Source of the DNA: Sminthopsis crassicaudata
Taxonomy: Eukaryota
Direction of reading: 5' to 3'
Assembly: GCF_048593235.1 (NCBI RefSeq)
Contig: NC_133620.1
Location: forward strand, 295,941,765-296,005,764
DNA: 64,000 nucleotides
The stretch's first letter is position 1. Every line of letters begins with the position of its first letter. The notes under the pieces were generated by a model that made no database searches, had not been told where the DNA came from, and saw only the letters and a program-made list of their open reading frames with translations. Shown here one piece after another: positions 1 through 12,300 of this stretch. The position numbers were made by a program, and so were the translations under genes.

Positions 1-480
1 AGGGGCCGGCGAACAGGCGGGGGAGGGGAAGGGCAAGCGGTCGCCTGGTGGGGCCTGAGCTTGGGAGGGTTGGGGTAAGAGCGCGAAGGGAAGGGCGGGA
101 GCGCGCGCTCACCCTGCGGGTCTGGCGCGTGGTGCGGCGGTTACAGTCCGGGCGGGTGACGTTGGCGCGACGCAGGGTTAAGGGGGGTGTTGGGGGAAGG
201 TTGAACGGCGAGCGCGGGGCCGCCACGCTGGAGAACCTGAAGCCGAAGACCACGAGGGGACCGGAGATTGGTTTCATCTCGCGGGATGGGGAGGGATTGA
301 GACCACGTGGGTGAGTCGGGAGGGGGGGGAGAGGAGGACAGAATGAGCCACGCGGGACCGTTGGGCTTGGGATTGGGACTTGGGGAGGGATTTGGGGTCG
401 CCCCACGCACACACGTGAGATGGGGAAAGATTGAGTCGGGGGTTGGGCACGTGAGGGCCGTGGTGGGGCACGCGGGAGAG
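1..480. promoter_or_regulatory. CpG-rich segment, EIF5A promoter / first intron
   Basis: High GC and dense CpG from base 1 to about 480, 1.5 kb upstream of EIF5A coding exon 1. The non-coding first exon is not resolved and may lie upstream of the window. Confidence 0.7.
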
Positions 481-2002
481 AAGGCATAGGAGAGCTAAGA
501 GACTTGGGGGAGGGGCTTCTAGGGGTACAGGAAGTTGGATTTGTGGGGGGGGCGTTGGGGGAAATCCCTCGGTTTCCCTCTGCTGGAGAAGGTGGCTTTG
601 AGTGGGAGGGAGGGGGACTGTAAAGCCACATGGCCTAGGTTAAGGTCGTGAGGGAGGGGGCAGGAAATCCAAGACCGGAGAGGGACCCCATGGAGGTGGC
701 TAGAACTCTGCCACATCGTGGGTTTGAGACCTCTGCCAGAGGGGTGAGGGGCCCTGGGTAGGGAGAGGCACCAAAGGAAGGGCAAGGGAGAAGGTGGGCC
801 ATTTTCCTATCTCCCAAAATCCTGAGGGTCCAGAGGATAAGCAAAGAAGAGGAGGGAACATTTAAAGGGGGAGGTATATGAAACAAAACTAAAGGGGCTA
901 AATTGGTGATCCGGATAGATTTCAACATTAGTGTTTAACTAGATGGACAGGCCCCTGGTTCACATATGTTAACCACTTAGGCTTCATACCTATCATATAA
1001 TCAATATCAGTTATTACCTACCTATCCCCTTTTTTGGAGTGAGGGATTTGTATTTAAGTAGAATTATCGGAGAAATTGTTGAAGGTAGGAGGCATAAGGA
1101 GAACTATTTCAGTGATAATCAGGAAAGGTGTGGTGTTGACTTTATTACTTAAGCCCTGGCAAATTTAATCTGTGTTCGCACTATATAAAGGGGAAATGGG
1201 GCAAAAAAAGTCTTTAAAAGATTTTGGGCTAATACTTTGAAACTTCTGTTGAATTCTCAAACCATGACATAGAATTTCCAGATGGCCATTGTTTTTCTTC
1301 TATAGCCACTCTTTTCTAAATCAGGGACTTTTGCCTCCATGCTAAATGTTTAAATTTATATTCAGTGAAACTTTTTTTTTTTTTTTTTTTTTTTACTTTT
1401 ATTACCTTGACTAGATTAGCCCTTTGGTTGGATTTGTAAACCCAAACTTAGCCCATGTGCTGCCTGGGCCTTAGGCCTATGCAGGTGCATGCTGGGAAAA
1501 GTGGGAGGGTTCCCAGGGGGAGGTCTCATATTTGGGTTTTGTGAGGGAACTGTAGCTGGTTGCTTGTTGGAAAGTGAGTAAGTGGACCTTTTTCCTTTAC
1601 CCAGAGAAAATCTGGTAGATTTAGTTTGGGTGGCTGGGAATCTCCCAGGCTAAGTTGCCTAGAGCATTTCTATATCACTGGTAGGTGTAGGGGTGTGTGT
1701 GTGACTACTGTGGGTGGAGCCCTAAATGAGTCTCCACCCAGTCCCCTAGCATTAGCCCAACTCCACCCAGTTGCTCAGAGCTCTTTAATTATAGCCCTGA
1801 CTTTCTTTTGGGGGGAGGGTAGGGTGACACATGAAGGAAAGGGAAATGTTTTTATATAAGATTTTTCCTATCAGTAATAGGACAAATCTCCCAAATTCAC
1901 AGAAAGGAGGTAGGGTGTCATTAGGAGTATAGGCATAGGGAACCTTAAAGAACTCTTAATAACACTATTTCTCCCTTTCAGTTGGAATAGAAGTCTCTCA
2001 AA

Positions 2003-3657
2003 ATGGCAGATGACCTGGACTTCGAGACGGGGGATGCAGGGGCATCAGCTACCTTTCCCATGCAATGCTCTGCCTTGCGCAAAAATGGCTTTGTGGTGCT
2101 CAAAGGCCGGCCCTGTAAGATAGTTGAGATGTCCACCTCCAAGACTGGAAAGCATGGCCATGCCAAGGTCAGAAACTCTACCTCGTTTTGTCTTTTGCTT
2201 CCCAGCCTGCTTATATCTTTTAGTCTGCTTTGTTTTTCTTTACCAGAAAGCCTTCAACCTTGCCATTCTGACTTCTTGGCTAATCAGCACTTCTTTATCT
2301 CAGTATTTTGCCTTTCTATTCCTCCACCTTAACCTTCCCATTCTTTTTTATCTCTTTCAACTTCTGGATACCTTTTAGAGTCTCTTTCCACCATTTGGCT
2401 TCATTCATTCAGTAACTTCTTTCTTACCTTACTTTATTGGAAGTTTCTGACTTTCTTATGTCACCTCAAACCCTTTTTACATTCATTTCTTTCTACTTGA
2501 AAACTTGTTTTTTCTTGTTCCTAGATGTAACCTTCTCTTTATATGATGCATCCAGGATTAGAAAGAGCTTACAGGAGCACTATTTTTAATATATACTGAA
2601 ATTCCAGATTTTGTCTATGTTTACTTGTTGCTGTCTTGAATCTTTTTGCTTCTTAAAAGCTTCTCTGATAATGAGCCTGTTCAACATAGACTTTCCTCAA
2701 TATCATTCTTCTTACCTAAATCCTAATAATTTCTCTTAAAGCAGTTTTTCCATTTCTTCCCAGGTTTCTGCTTTTCTTCCTATTTTAATTACTTCAGACA
2801 TAGCCTGTTTAATAAACACTTCAGCTTTTTACCTCTTGGTAATGTCATTTCTCCTGTCCTTGGAGGTTGGAAACTCTAAAATCTTGCAGTTTCCCATATT
2901 CCTAGAAACACATTCTTTCCCAAGTGTACTGGTCTCTTGACTTATCATCCTTAGTTTTGAGTTCTTGCTTCTTTACATTTAATAACCTATTTTTGTATAT
3001 GCTTTTCTTGCCTATTTTCCTTCTTGAAGATCATTAATTCTCAATGACATGAATCACCTCACTCATTTGGGGAAGGAGGGAAAGAATCTGTAGCTTTAAT
3101 ATAACACTCTACTTGATACACACATATATGTATGTATGTATATGTACACATCCAGGTTCATCTGGTTGGTATCGATATCTTTACTGGGAAGAAATATGAA
3201 GATATCTGCCCTTCAACCCACAACATGGATGTGCCCAATATCAAGAGAAATGATTTCCAGGTATTTGAAAGGGGAAGTTTAAAAAGTCAAGGCTAAGTAA
3301 GGTGGGATTCATGATGGAAAGTGGAAGAATTATTTGGATTACCCATCCCTTGCTTTTTGTCCTTAGCTGATTGGGATTCAGGATGGCTACCTGTCACTGC
3401 TTCAGGACAGTGGGGAAGTGAGGGAGGACCTTCGTTTACCTGAGGGTGATCTTGGCAAGGAGATTGAGCAGAAGTATGATTGTGGAGAAGAGATCCTGGT
3501 AAGTCGTGATCTCCATGTCCTATCCTCATTTTCTGCTTTTAACATTCATAATCTTATGGTAAGAAATTTAGATCCCGATCCCCTTTTCTTACAGATAACA
3601 GTGCTGTCAGCCATGACAGAGGAAGCAGCTGTTGCAATCAAGGCCATGGCAAAGTAA
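2003..3657 (+). CDS. EIF5A: Eukaryotic translation initiation factor 5A-1 (154 aa)
   Basis: Coding exons 2003-2167, 3156-3260, 3367-3498, 3595-3657, all GT-AG, total 465 nt. The protein runs [29 protein letters not shown]...[12 protein letters not shown] (hypusine Lys50 motif)...AIKAMAK*. A 3'UTR intron lies at 3669-3772. Confidence 0.99.
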
Positions 3658-4093
3658 CTAGCCCCCAGGTGGGTATAACACTTTTCTTTGTCTGTGGGTT
3701 ACTCCCACTCCCAAGTCCTTTGCTTCATTTGTATTGCAAGCTATGTATTAATTTTTTTCTTTCCATATTCAGGGTGGTGGTGGCTGCAGCAGCAGCAGCA
3801 TCAATCTGCTCCTGAAGAGGCCTTCCCTCTCCTCCCCAGCCCGGTCAGGCTTTGGCCCCGCCCTGGCTGGACGCCTACTCTATTTCTTTGATGTTTTATT
3901 TTGGGTTTTTTTTTCTCTCAGTCCGGGGAGCTCCTCCCACCCCCTCCCCTTTAGGTCCAGCCCTATCTCCCCCAACCCCTTGGACAAGATGGGGGCAGGG
4001 CCTTGGTAAAACTGCCCCCTTCTTTCCCCACCTCACACTACAGCCCTGGTGGGGGAGAGGGGATGGGGGCTCCTTGAGATTTAGTGTTTTGTT

Positions 4094-4129
<36 letters not shown>

Positions 4130-4442
4130 CAATCTGGAAGCAGAAAGCTGTGGATTCTGGATTCTGGCAAAAATCCTCTGCCCCATCTCCCTACCTTCCT
4201 GTCTGGCCCCCTGGTTCCCTATACCTCACCTAGCACCACTCCCTCCTCCAACAGGGGACCAGACTATCCCCCCTCCCCCACTCTGCCTGTGTCTTTCCCC
4301 AAATCTCTTTAGTGGGAGAAGAGACAGGAGTGGGGAGGGGCTCTGTTCCCCTCCTCAGGCATCCAGGAGGGCCTCTAGCACCCATGGGCCCCACCCCTCC
4401 TTGCGGTTTTCTCCCTGACACATTTGTTAAAAATCAAACCTG

Positions 4443-4448
4443 AATAAA
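4443..4448 (+). terminator. EIF5A polyadenylation signal AATAAA
   Basis: AATAAA at the end of the 3'UTR exon that starts at 3773. Confidence 0.8.
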
Positions 4449-4650
4449 ACTACAAGTTTAATATGACTGCCCAAGTTTCATATACTTTTTTTGAATCCCA
4501 GGAGAGTCCAGCATTTAGATCTCCCTTGTGAAAACAGCCAAGACTTAACTAAGAAACACTGTAAGAAAACCAGTGGGGCTGAGAAACTGAAGGGAATTCA
4601 GACAGCAGAGAAAAAAAAAAACAAGGGCACTGATAACAGTAATATGTAAC

Positions 4651-4656
4651 TTTATT
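4651..4656 (-). terminator. GPS2 polyadenylation signal AATAAA
   Basis: TTTATT on the + strand, 21 nt past the GPS2 stop codon. EIF5A and GPS2 converge tail-to-tail about 200 bp apart. Confidence 0.75.
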
Positions 4657-4677
4657 GGAGATAGACCCTGAATCAAG

Positions 4678-7133
4678 TCACTTGTGATAAAAACGCTGGT
4701 TCTGGCTGTGCTGGATAAAAGGGAGCCGGGGGCCTGATTGGCTGGTAGCTGCAAAGCTTGACTGTGGGGAACAAAGTAGGAAAAGTATAAGTGTCAATGC
4801 CATTTTCAAAAACTTTTTGAGTACCACTTGGAGTTCTCTCACCTTTCCTGAAGGTTGCATCTGTACAGGAAGTTGGGGTGTGGCTAAGAGCCCAGGAGTT
4901 GGGTGCAGAGCCTGGGGATGCATGGGGCGCAGAGAAGACTGTAACATACAATGTCAAGCACTTCAGGATTATTGAATCCTATAAAACCTTGTCCAACCCC
5001 TTGGACAAGATGGGGGGCAGGGCTTTGGTAAAACTGCCCCCTTCTTCCCCCCGCCTCACACTACAGCCTTGGTGGGGGAGAAGGGGATGGGGGGCTCCTT
5101 GAGAGTGTCTTATTGTAAAAATAGGGTTCTCACCGAATCAGAAAAGCCTGACTGCTGGTTAGCATGTTCCAGCTGTTTTTGAAGAGACAGAGCATTGCCA
5201 GGTTGCAGGAACCCTAGGATAAGAGGGGATAATCTCAGTGACAATTAGTGAACACAGAAAACGAGGGAGCCAAGGTAAAAGGGATACACATACCTGTTTG
5301 TGTTGGCTGATAGTGGCCATGTACTGCGTAGGACTGTGGCTGAGGTTGCGACAGGTACTGAACAGCAGGAAAAGCTGAAGGAGCTGAGGGGGGAGGTGGT
5401 TAAACATTGATAAAAGCACCCAAATTTTAATCTTTTCATTCTCATTTCTATCCAGTTTTCCCTTACCTCTGAGCTGTTGGCTGGGACTATAACCTGGCTG
5501 GGTAGGTCCATAGTGAGGTGGGGGCTGGGCTGCCCCATAGGCCCCTCCAGGGCTACCCTGGAATTGCCCATGTTCTGAGGTTCCTGCAAAAGCTGTTGAC
5601 CCCACAAAATGACGGGTCTGGAAAAGATTGAAAGATTAGGTGATCTTAACAGCTGACAAGCTTGCAAAGCAATTTCCAAATTTTAAAGAGGTAAGATAAG
5701 GGAACCTAAGCAAGTCCTGGTTCTGGTCGCCTCTAAAGCTTTAAACTTCTTCAAAGCTACAATTTATGATTAGAGTCTTACCTTCATCACAACACCATGT
5801 TGGCTGTGATGCTGGGTATTCCTGTCCACTTACCGTGAGCACTTGGGGTCCAAACATCTGCTTGGCCCTATCAGCAGACATGAGAGTTCCTGGTCTGCTG
5901 TGTCCTCCAGGGCTTCCTATGATGAAGTGTGGGGTTCTGAAGGCTGTAGGCTCTCAAGACTGGAAACTCAAGACATCTTGTACCCACCCTCCCAGTTCAC
6001 CTCAATACCTTGCATGCTGAGAAGATGTGTCCCTGTGTGCACAGCCAGACCCTGTTGATATGCTGCAGATGTAAGTGTTGTCAAGTCACTGAAAGGGAAG
6101 ATTACAAATTATTTATTAATTATATAAAATATAATTAAATTACAAAGATTACAAACTGGAAGGAACCTCATCAGTTTTACAGAAGATGAAACTGGAGTAC
6201 AAAGAAATTGAATCAAAGTAAATTTCAAAAATTAAAATTAGATAAGATTAACATAAGTGGCATGGTTAAGAAAAGAACCTGAGTTCATACTTCATAGTTC
6301 ATACTAGTGTATGCCTTGTCCCTCCATGTTCCCACCTTTGCTCCTTACGGCGCCTTTTCTCCTCCTCATGTAAAACTTTCTTGAGTTGTAGGAAGAGCTG
6401 GTGTTTCTCCTCTTGTAGGGCCAGGAGCTTCTCTTGCAGTTTAAGGATCTGGAAGGAACACAGAGACGGTGAAAGGAAGTCTGCCAGAATGGGGGGAGGA
6501 GGGCAGGATGAAGAACAAGAGGGTGTGTATGAGTGTGTAAATTTTTACCTGTTCTTTGGTTTCTTCCAGTGACATCCTTTCCTCCATTTCCTTTTTCTTC
6601 CTCCTCTCTTGTTCCTCCTTCATTTTCTGTTCCATCATCTTGTCCACCTCCTCTTCCTCTGGGGAAGGGGCATGGGATTAAAACCTTAAAGCTAAAAGGG
6701 ATCTCAGACATCAACCCCCTTCATTTTAAAATAGACCTAGATAGGGAAGGTGACCCCACAATTCAAGGTTTAACTAGGAGCACTGAGACCTTGAAACAGT
6801 TCATAGTGGAAAGATTCAGGAAGGCTAGTTTTCAAATCTTGCTTCAGACACTTCTCAGCTGTGTTAATCTGTATTTAATATGTCTCAGTTTCCTTAACTA
6901 TCAAATGGGGATTCCTTTTAAGAATGCTTAACTATTTAATCACCCACCGACTTAACTAGGGGACAGATCTCTTAACATGCAGGACTACAATGTGCTGCTG
7001 CTCCTTTGCAGTCCTGAGCTAGCCAGCACCCTCACTCACCCTGTCTCTTCCTCTCCCGTTCCATCATTATATGTCGATGCAATGCCCTAGCCATGGCATT
7101 AGAGAGCTTGGGGCGTTCCAGCAAGGCCGGCAT
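4678..7133 (-). CDS. GPS2: G protein pathway suppressor 2 (326 aa)
   Basis: Coding exons 7133-7040, 6658-6549, 6448-6336, 6088-6009, 5916-5834, 5617-5467, 5383-5294, 5213-5134, 4938-4843, 4761-4678, all GT-AG and phase-consistent (981 nt). The protein runs MPALLERPKLSNAMARALHRHIMMERERKRQEEEEVDKMMEQK...QHSQNQRFYHK*. Confidence 0.98.
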
Positions 7134-7149
7134 GGTGACCGGCAGGGTG

Positions 7150-7900
7150 CTGTCACACAGACTGGGGTGTAGATCCTGAAACTTGGTCACTGACAATCCA
7201 GTCCCCGAAATGAATCTGCAGAAATCTGCTTCGTTGGGGAATAAGCATTATCACAGAGGTGTAAAGAGGCACCCACTCTTCGGAAGGGCGGATCTGAGGG
7301 CCCTCCCCACCAGCCGGAAGAAACGAGGTGGGAAAACCAGGCTTCATCGCCATCCGACAGCCACGCAAGAGGGAGGGAGCCCAGACCCCAGCCACCCCCA
7401 CTGCAGCCCCAGGACCGGACTCCCAAGGTTGAGGGTGGGGCCCGAGAGAGCATCCAGGCTACACCGCTGGGCATGTGGGCAGGTCACGTGCCTCTCCCGT
7501 CAGGAGCCCCGCCACTCCCTCGAGTCCATCACCTGCTCTAGCCAACGGGGTTGGGGTCGAGTGCCACCCTAGGCTCCCCAGCCTCCCCTATTTATCCAGC
7601 GTTACCAGTAATGTCCCCGCTTTGCGCAGGCGCGACCAGGGTCCGAAAGTCTTTAGACTACCTACCTCTTCTTCCTTCTCACTTCAGCCCTCCTACAGGC
7701 CTCATGGACTTCATCATTTCCTGATTCATTCGCAAGTACTTCCGGGGGCACTGATGAGCGACCGCCAAGCTATGCTGCCCGGTTTGGGAGGAGGGAGGGG
7801 CGGAAGCGCGGTTTGGCGAACTACAGCGACTGCGCGTGATTCAGAACTTGGCGCAACCAAACTACGTCTCTTGGCCTACGTGTAGGACACGTGGGGGCGG
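7150..7900 (-). promoter_or_regulatory. GPS2 CpG-island promoter with E-box (GTCACGTG 7483-7490) and NRF1-like site (TGCGCAGGCGCG 7623-7634)
   Basis: CpG-dense block just upstream of the GPS2 ATG. The motifs match USF-type E-box and NRF1 consensus. The TSS is not resolved. Confidence 0.65.
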
Positions 7901-8089
7901 TGGAGTGAAGAAAAGGCTCCAAAGCGAATGGGATGTTTTAAATGGGAGTGCCTCTCTTCTAACTGGTGACCTTTCTTCCTGTACTGATGGTCTGGGGTCG
8001 GGATGGGGACAATGTAAAGGGCGTCCTCCCCAAGAAAACCTAAATTTAGGTAGGTAAGGGCAGACTCCAAGGAGCTAATAAATAAATTG

Positions 8090-8200
8090 GAAGGGACTTT
8101 GAAAGACATCATTTAGTCCAGTTCCCGTATTTTACAGATGAAGGGCCCGGAGAAGTAAAAGGACTTGTCATAGCTAGCGGCCAAGCCAGGATAGAACACA
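8090..8200 (+). mobile_element. Old CORE-SINE (MIR-like) fragment
   Basis: catttagtccagttcccgtattttacagatgaagggcccggagaagtaaaaggacttgtc resembles the MIR core consensus as I recall it. Confidence 0.55.
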
Positions 8201-8860
8201 CTTCCTTTAACCACTCTCAGTAAACTACCCCGTGTTTCCAGGCCTTTTACCAGGAGGCTGCTAGGATTAAGGGAGGAGGGGGGAACAAGGACGATCGGAG
8301 AACTTCAGGGTCTCAAGTTCCCATCACTGTTCTACCTCCAAAGTAAGTTTTATACAAAGCACTTATCTATCTGTTGCCCCTCGGGTACCAGGTACCAAAG
8401 GTTTTGTACTATTCTTGGGATGGGGGTCATGAGAGGACAGCACAGACACTGGTGCAGAGAAAGGTTTAAGGTCAATTCTTCCTTTTCCTGATAATTTCTA
8501 GGTGAAAATAGCATTGAGAGAAAAGACGTTCTAACATTGTTAGAAACACTTAAGACTGGCTATAAATATAGAAGAAAACAAACTACACGATTTCTACACC
8601 TGGTAACAACTAGTATTTACTTATGTTATATTGCTCTTTTTAGGGTTTACAAAATGTTTTACATCAGTGACCTTAACAATAGTTCACTCAGCAGCTACAA
8701 GGCATAAGGCAGAATATGAACTCAGACCTTGATTCCAAATCCCATACTTTATCTTTTGGGACATCTAACTTGTCTACATTTCTTGGAACTCTGTTAGGAT
8801 TTCTCTTAGATAAGTGCAAATGGAGACTGGGACTGACAAAGTTGTATCTGAGACAGGACG

Positions 8861-8866
8861 TTTATT
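8861..8866 (-). terminator. NEURL4 polyadenylation signal AATAAA
   Basis: TTTATT on +, about 490 nt past the NEURL4 stop. Confidence 0.6.
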
Positions 8867-9358
8867 TCAGTTCTTTAAGAAATCAAGAGTAACAGTTGTA
8901 TAGGGGTGGCCCTTTCTCCCCCAGCTATTCCTTCCCACTGGAAAAAGTTTCAACGGAGAGAAAAGGGAGACAAACTCCCCTTGGGGATTCACATTAACCA
9001 GAAACAACGGAAATAAATTAAATGATGGGAGTTTCCCCAAATCAGTGCATGAGGACAGGGAGAGAACTAGTGGGTTCATTGAAAAAGGCCTTCCAAATTC
9101 AGCCCCCATGAACTTTCCCAAGTGTTCTGGACCATCACAATTTCCCCAAATATGTAGGCAACTCCCAACCCAGAAGAGCTACTTGCCAAATCGAGCACTC
9201 CTCCAAACAAAAATCCAAAGCTCCCTGGAAATCTGGAGGAGCTCCCATCATGTTCCCTCTCTTCCCTGGGAATGGCTGGGGGAATGTATAAAATGTTGGT
9301 GCTTTCCAAGTCCATAAACCTTCCCTACTATTGTGCTTGGCAATATGGGCATGTCCTT

Positions 9359-12300
9359 TCACTCCACTCGTACCAGCAAGGCATAGAGTAATGTGGCACC
9401 CTTTTCCTTGGTCACCCACTCCAGCTCAGCAGGACTAAAGTGAGGGTCAGGTGGACCCCCAAGGGCTGTAGAGGGTGGGCCAGGTGTATAGGATCCAGGA
9501 CGTACACACACCTGGAATGCCACCTGGGCCTGGTAGGGCCTTTGAGATTTGGGGTCCCGGAATCTAAAGACAAAAAAGAAGAAAAGGTCTGTTGAGTCAG
9601 AAATGATATATCATGAAAAAATTGTGGGATAGAGGGAAGGGCATTAGGGAAAGCAGGAGGCAAGAAAAAAATGGGAGTAGGGAAATTAGAACCAAAATAT
9701 ATTTTAGAAAAAGAGAGAGAGAGAACGAACTGGACTTCAGGGACCTCCCTTCAAGGTTTCACTAATATCCCCATTACTTAGTTACTCCAACTTCAGTTCC
9801 CACCCTCTCTTGCTTTCACTTACTGCACTTTGGAAGCAAGGGCATCAGTTCCAGCAGCATGCCGAAGGGAGGGGGAAAGCAGTACAGGAGGGGGCTGTTC
9901 TTCACGAGGAAGGACACAGTTTTCACCAGATTCTCCATACCCACACCCTGGCTCTGCCTTTAAAGGCCTACAGCTTAAGATTGATGCACTCCCTGAAAGT
10001 AGAGGGGAATGGTTAAGTGTCTTTCCCTTTATTTCCCCCAACCCTCTATACTTTCTCCATACCCTTCATTTCTGGGAAAAGGAGTACTGGTCTCTCCCTC
10101 CCCCTTCAAGTATCCATTCTTCAACTTTTTCTTATCCTATTACCTGCCCCTAGCTCCCCTCTGTCCAACACTCTTCGAACAGCCCCAACACTACTCCCAT
10201 GGTAGGCCATGTGCCATTTCTTGGATAGTGCTGCTGTCTCCAATCGTGGATTCACTCTGTAGGAAAGAAACATATGCATGTCTGTCTAACCTCAAAACCC
10301 TTTCTCTTAAAAAAAAAAAACCAAGATGGACTTACTGCATCCAATTGCCTTGCTGAAATAGCCTAGTTAAGAAAGAGGATGATACCAAGAGCATACATCT
10401 GGAAAGAATTAGAATTCAAATCCAGATCTTCTATCTCCCAGGCCAGGGTACTTCTAATTGTTATAGTTTTTTAAAAGTCTGAATTTAAAAAACATCAAAT
10501 TTTATTGACCTATTTCATAAGTATTTGCACTTATATAACAGAAAAAAATTATACAAGAAGCTGCAGATTTCTATTATGTACAGCTTGTTTTTGTTTTTTT
10601 ATTATTTTAGGTGTTCAAAATTTTGTCCTGCTTTCCTGTGCTTTCTCAACTTTTGTTCTTTAAAAGTTTCTGCAGTGCCTGTTTTTTCCTTGTGGCACAG
10701 GGTGAAATGGAGAAGAATGGTTAGTAAGGCAAAGGGGAATAGGGAAGGCCAGCAAAAGAAAAGAAAAGAAAAGAAAATCAAAAACAAACAAGCTACATGC
10801 CTGAGGTTGAATCGGCACCAGCCAAAAGGCAAGGCATATTCTTGAGGTGGCTCCCCCCGCCTACGATGTGCCTCATCTCCACGAAGTTTCCGACAGGACT
10901 CACAATAGCATAGGCTTCGCTTGGGGGGTGGGACAAAGTAATCCTCTGGCAAAGAAGAGAAAAGCTTAGTTTAGAGGAGAATCCTTATTTCTATATTTCA
11001 TCTGTGCTCCACTTTAATCTGTCCCTCCTCAAGTATCAGAAATGACCTCTACCTCCCCTGCCAACTATTTAGGAGTTTGAGAAAAGTAACCCTTATGTCA
11101 CAAGAAAAAAGGATGAGAAGGGATGGTAGAATTAAGGGATGGAATCTCACCTGGCAGTAGTAGCAACTCTTGGAATCGAGAACAGAGAGCATGGTATTCA
11201 CAACTCTTTAAAGGACTGGCATCCGGAGGTGGGGCCCAACACACACTTTCTTTGATACCTGAAAGGTAGGGGTAAATCAGTAGAGAAAGGGTGGAAAGAG
11301 AAGAAAAGAGTCAAATGGTATGAGGAAGGAGGAGATGGGAAGAGGGCAAATTTGGGGGACAACTCTTGCCCTCAATGTGCCTCATTCAACTTCTTAAATG
11401 CCTGTTTGGGAAGTGAGAGAAAGGGAGGAATTAGGAAAAAATGATGTTCTGGGAAATAAGCAAATAATTTTACTATTAAGGATAGGTGTCCCAGAAAAAG
11501 GAGAATTAAAAGTAACAAGATTCTCTCCAGTGGGACTGTAGAGTACAGGCCCTCCCTAAGTCTCACCATCTACCACATCAGCCTTCTCCATGTCCCCTTG
11601 GATTCCAGCTCCCTCCCCACTGGTTGCTCCTGTCTCAAGGCTCATAATTGTCACCTGGAAAAGGAGGAGAAGGGTTGGTTCATCTTTTGTCTCTGCTCTC
11701 CTCTACCACAATGGATTTTCTCAATCCCACTGTGCACCCCCCTCCCTCCTCCAGCCCCCATAGCCCCTCAATCTCAATTCCTTTTCCCCTTTAAATTCCC
11801 CAGTTCTCTTCATCAAACCCATAAAATCTTCACTACACCCCCAATTCTAACGTTTTATGGCACCACCACCACCACCACCACCACACTCCTCTAACTTCCT
11901 AGATTCCTCCCCACTTCCAGCACTATCCCTGACCCACCACCCCCTGCTGACCTGCTCACACTGGCCATAGAGGTCCACTAGGGCATGGCAGGGCTGGGGC
12001 ACCTCAGCCACAGCCACACCCTGGTCCACACCATTGACATAGAGGTGCAGCCCCCCAGACCCGTCCAACCTCAGCCCCAGCACCGTGCCTTCTGGGCACG
12101 TGTCCAGGTTTGGCCCATACTTCTCGCAGATCTGGGGGACAGAAGCATAAGAATGAACCACTTTTCAAAAAACCCCACCCCAAATATATCAATACCCATT
12201 TTCCAATATTATCATTTGGTCAATCCCCACGCCAAGTCATATACTTCTTTACATAACTTTACCCTCTATTCTCAGGCTTCCCTTCTTATGATCCTCTTAA

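Larger units (their letters stand above)
3972..5104 (+). repeat. Direct duplication: EIF5A 3'UTR 3972-4079 copied at 4993-5104 inside GPS2 intron 9
   Basis: 108/112-nt pair (ccaaccccttggacaagat...ctccttgaga) differing by 4 substitutions and 4 single-base indels, about 93% identity by manual alignment. Confidence 0.95.

Noticed and set aside
3669-3772. EIF5A 3'UTR intron as a possible NMD trigger
   Set aside because: The junction is only 11 nt after the stop, under the ~50-nt rule, and the architecture is the one I recall for human EIF5A.
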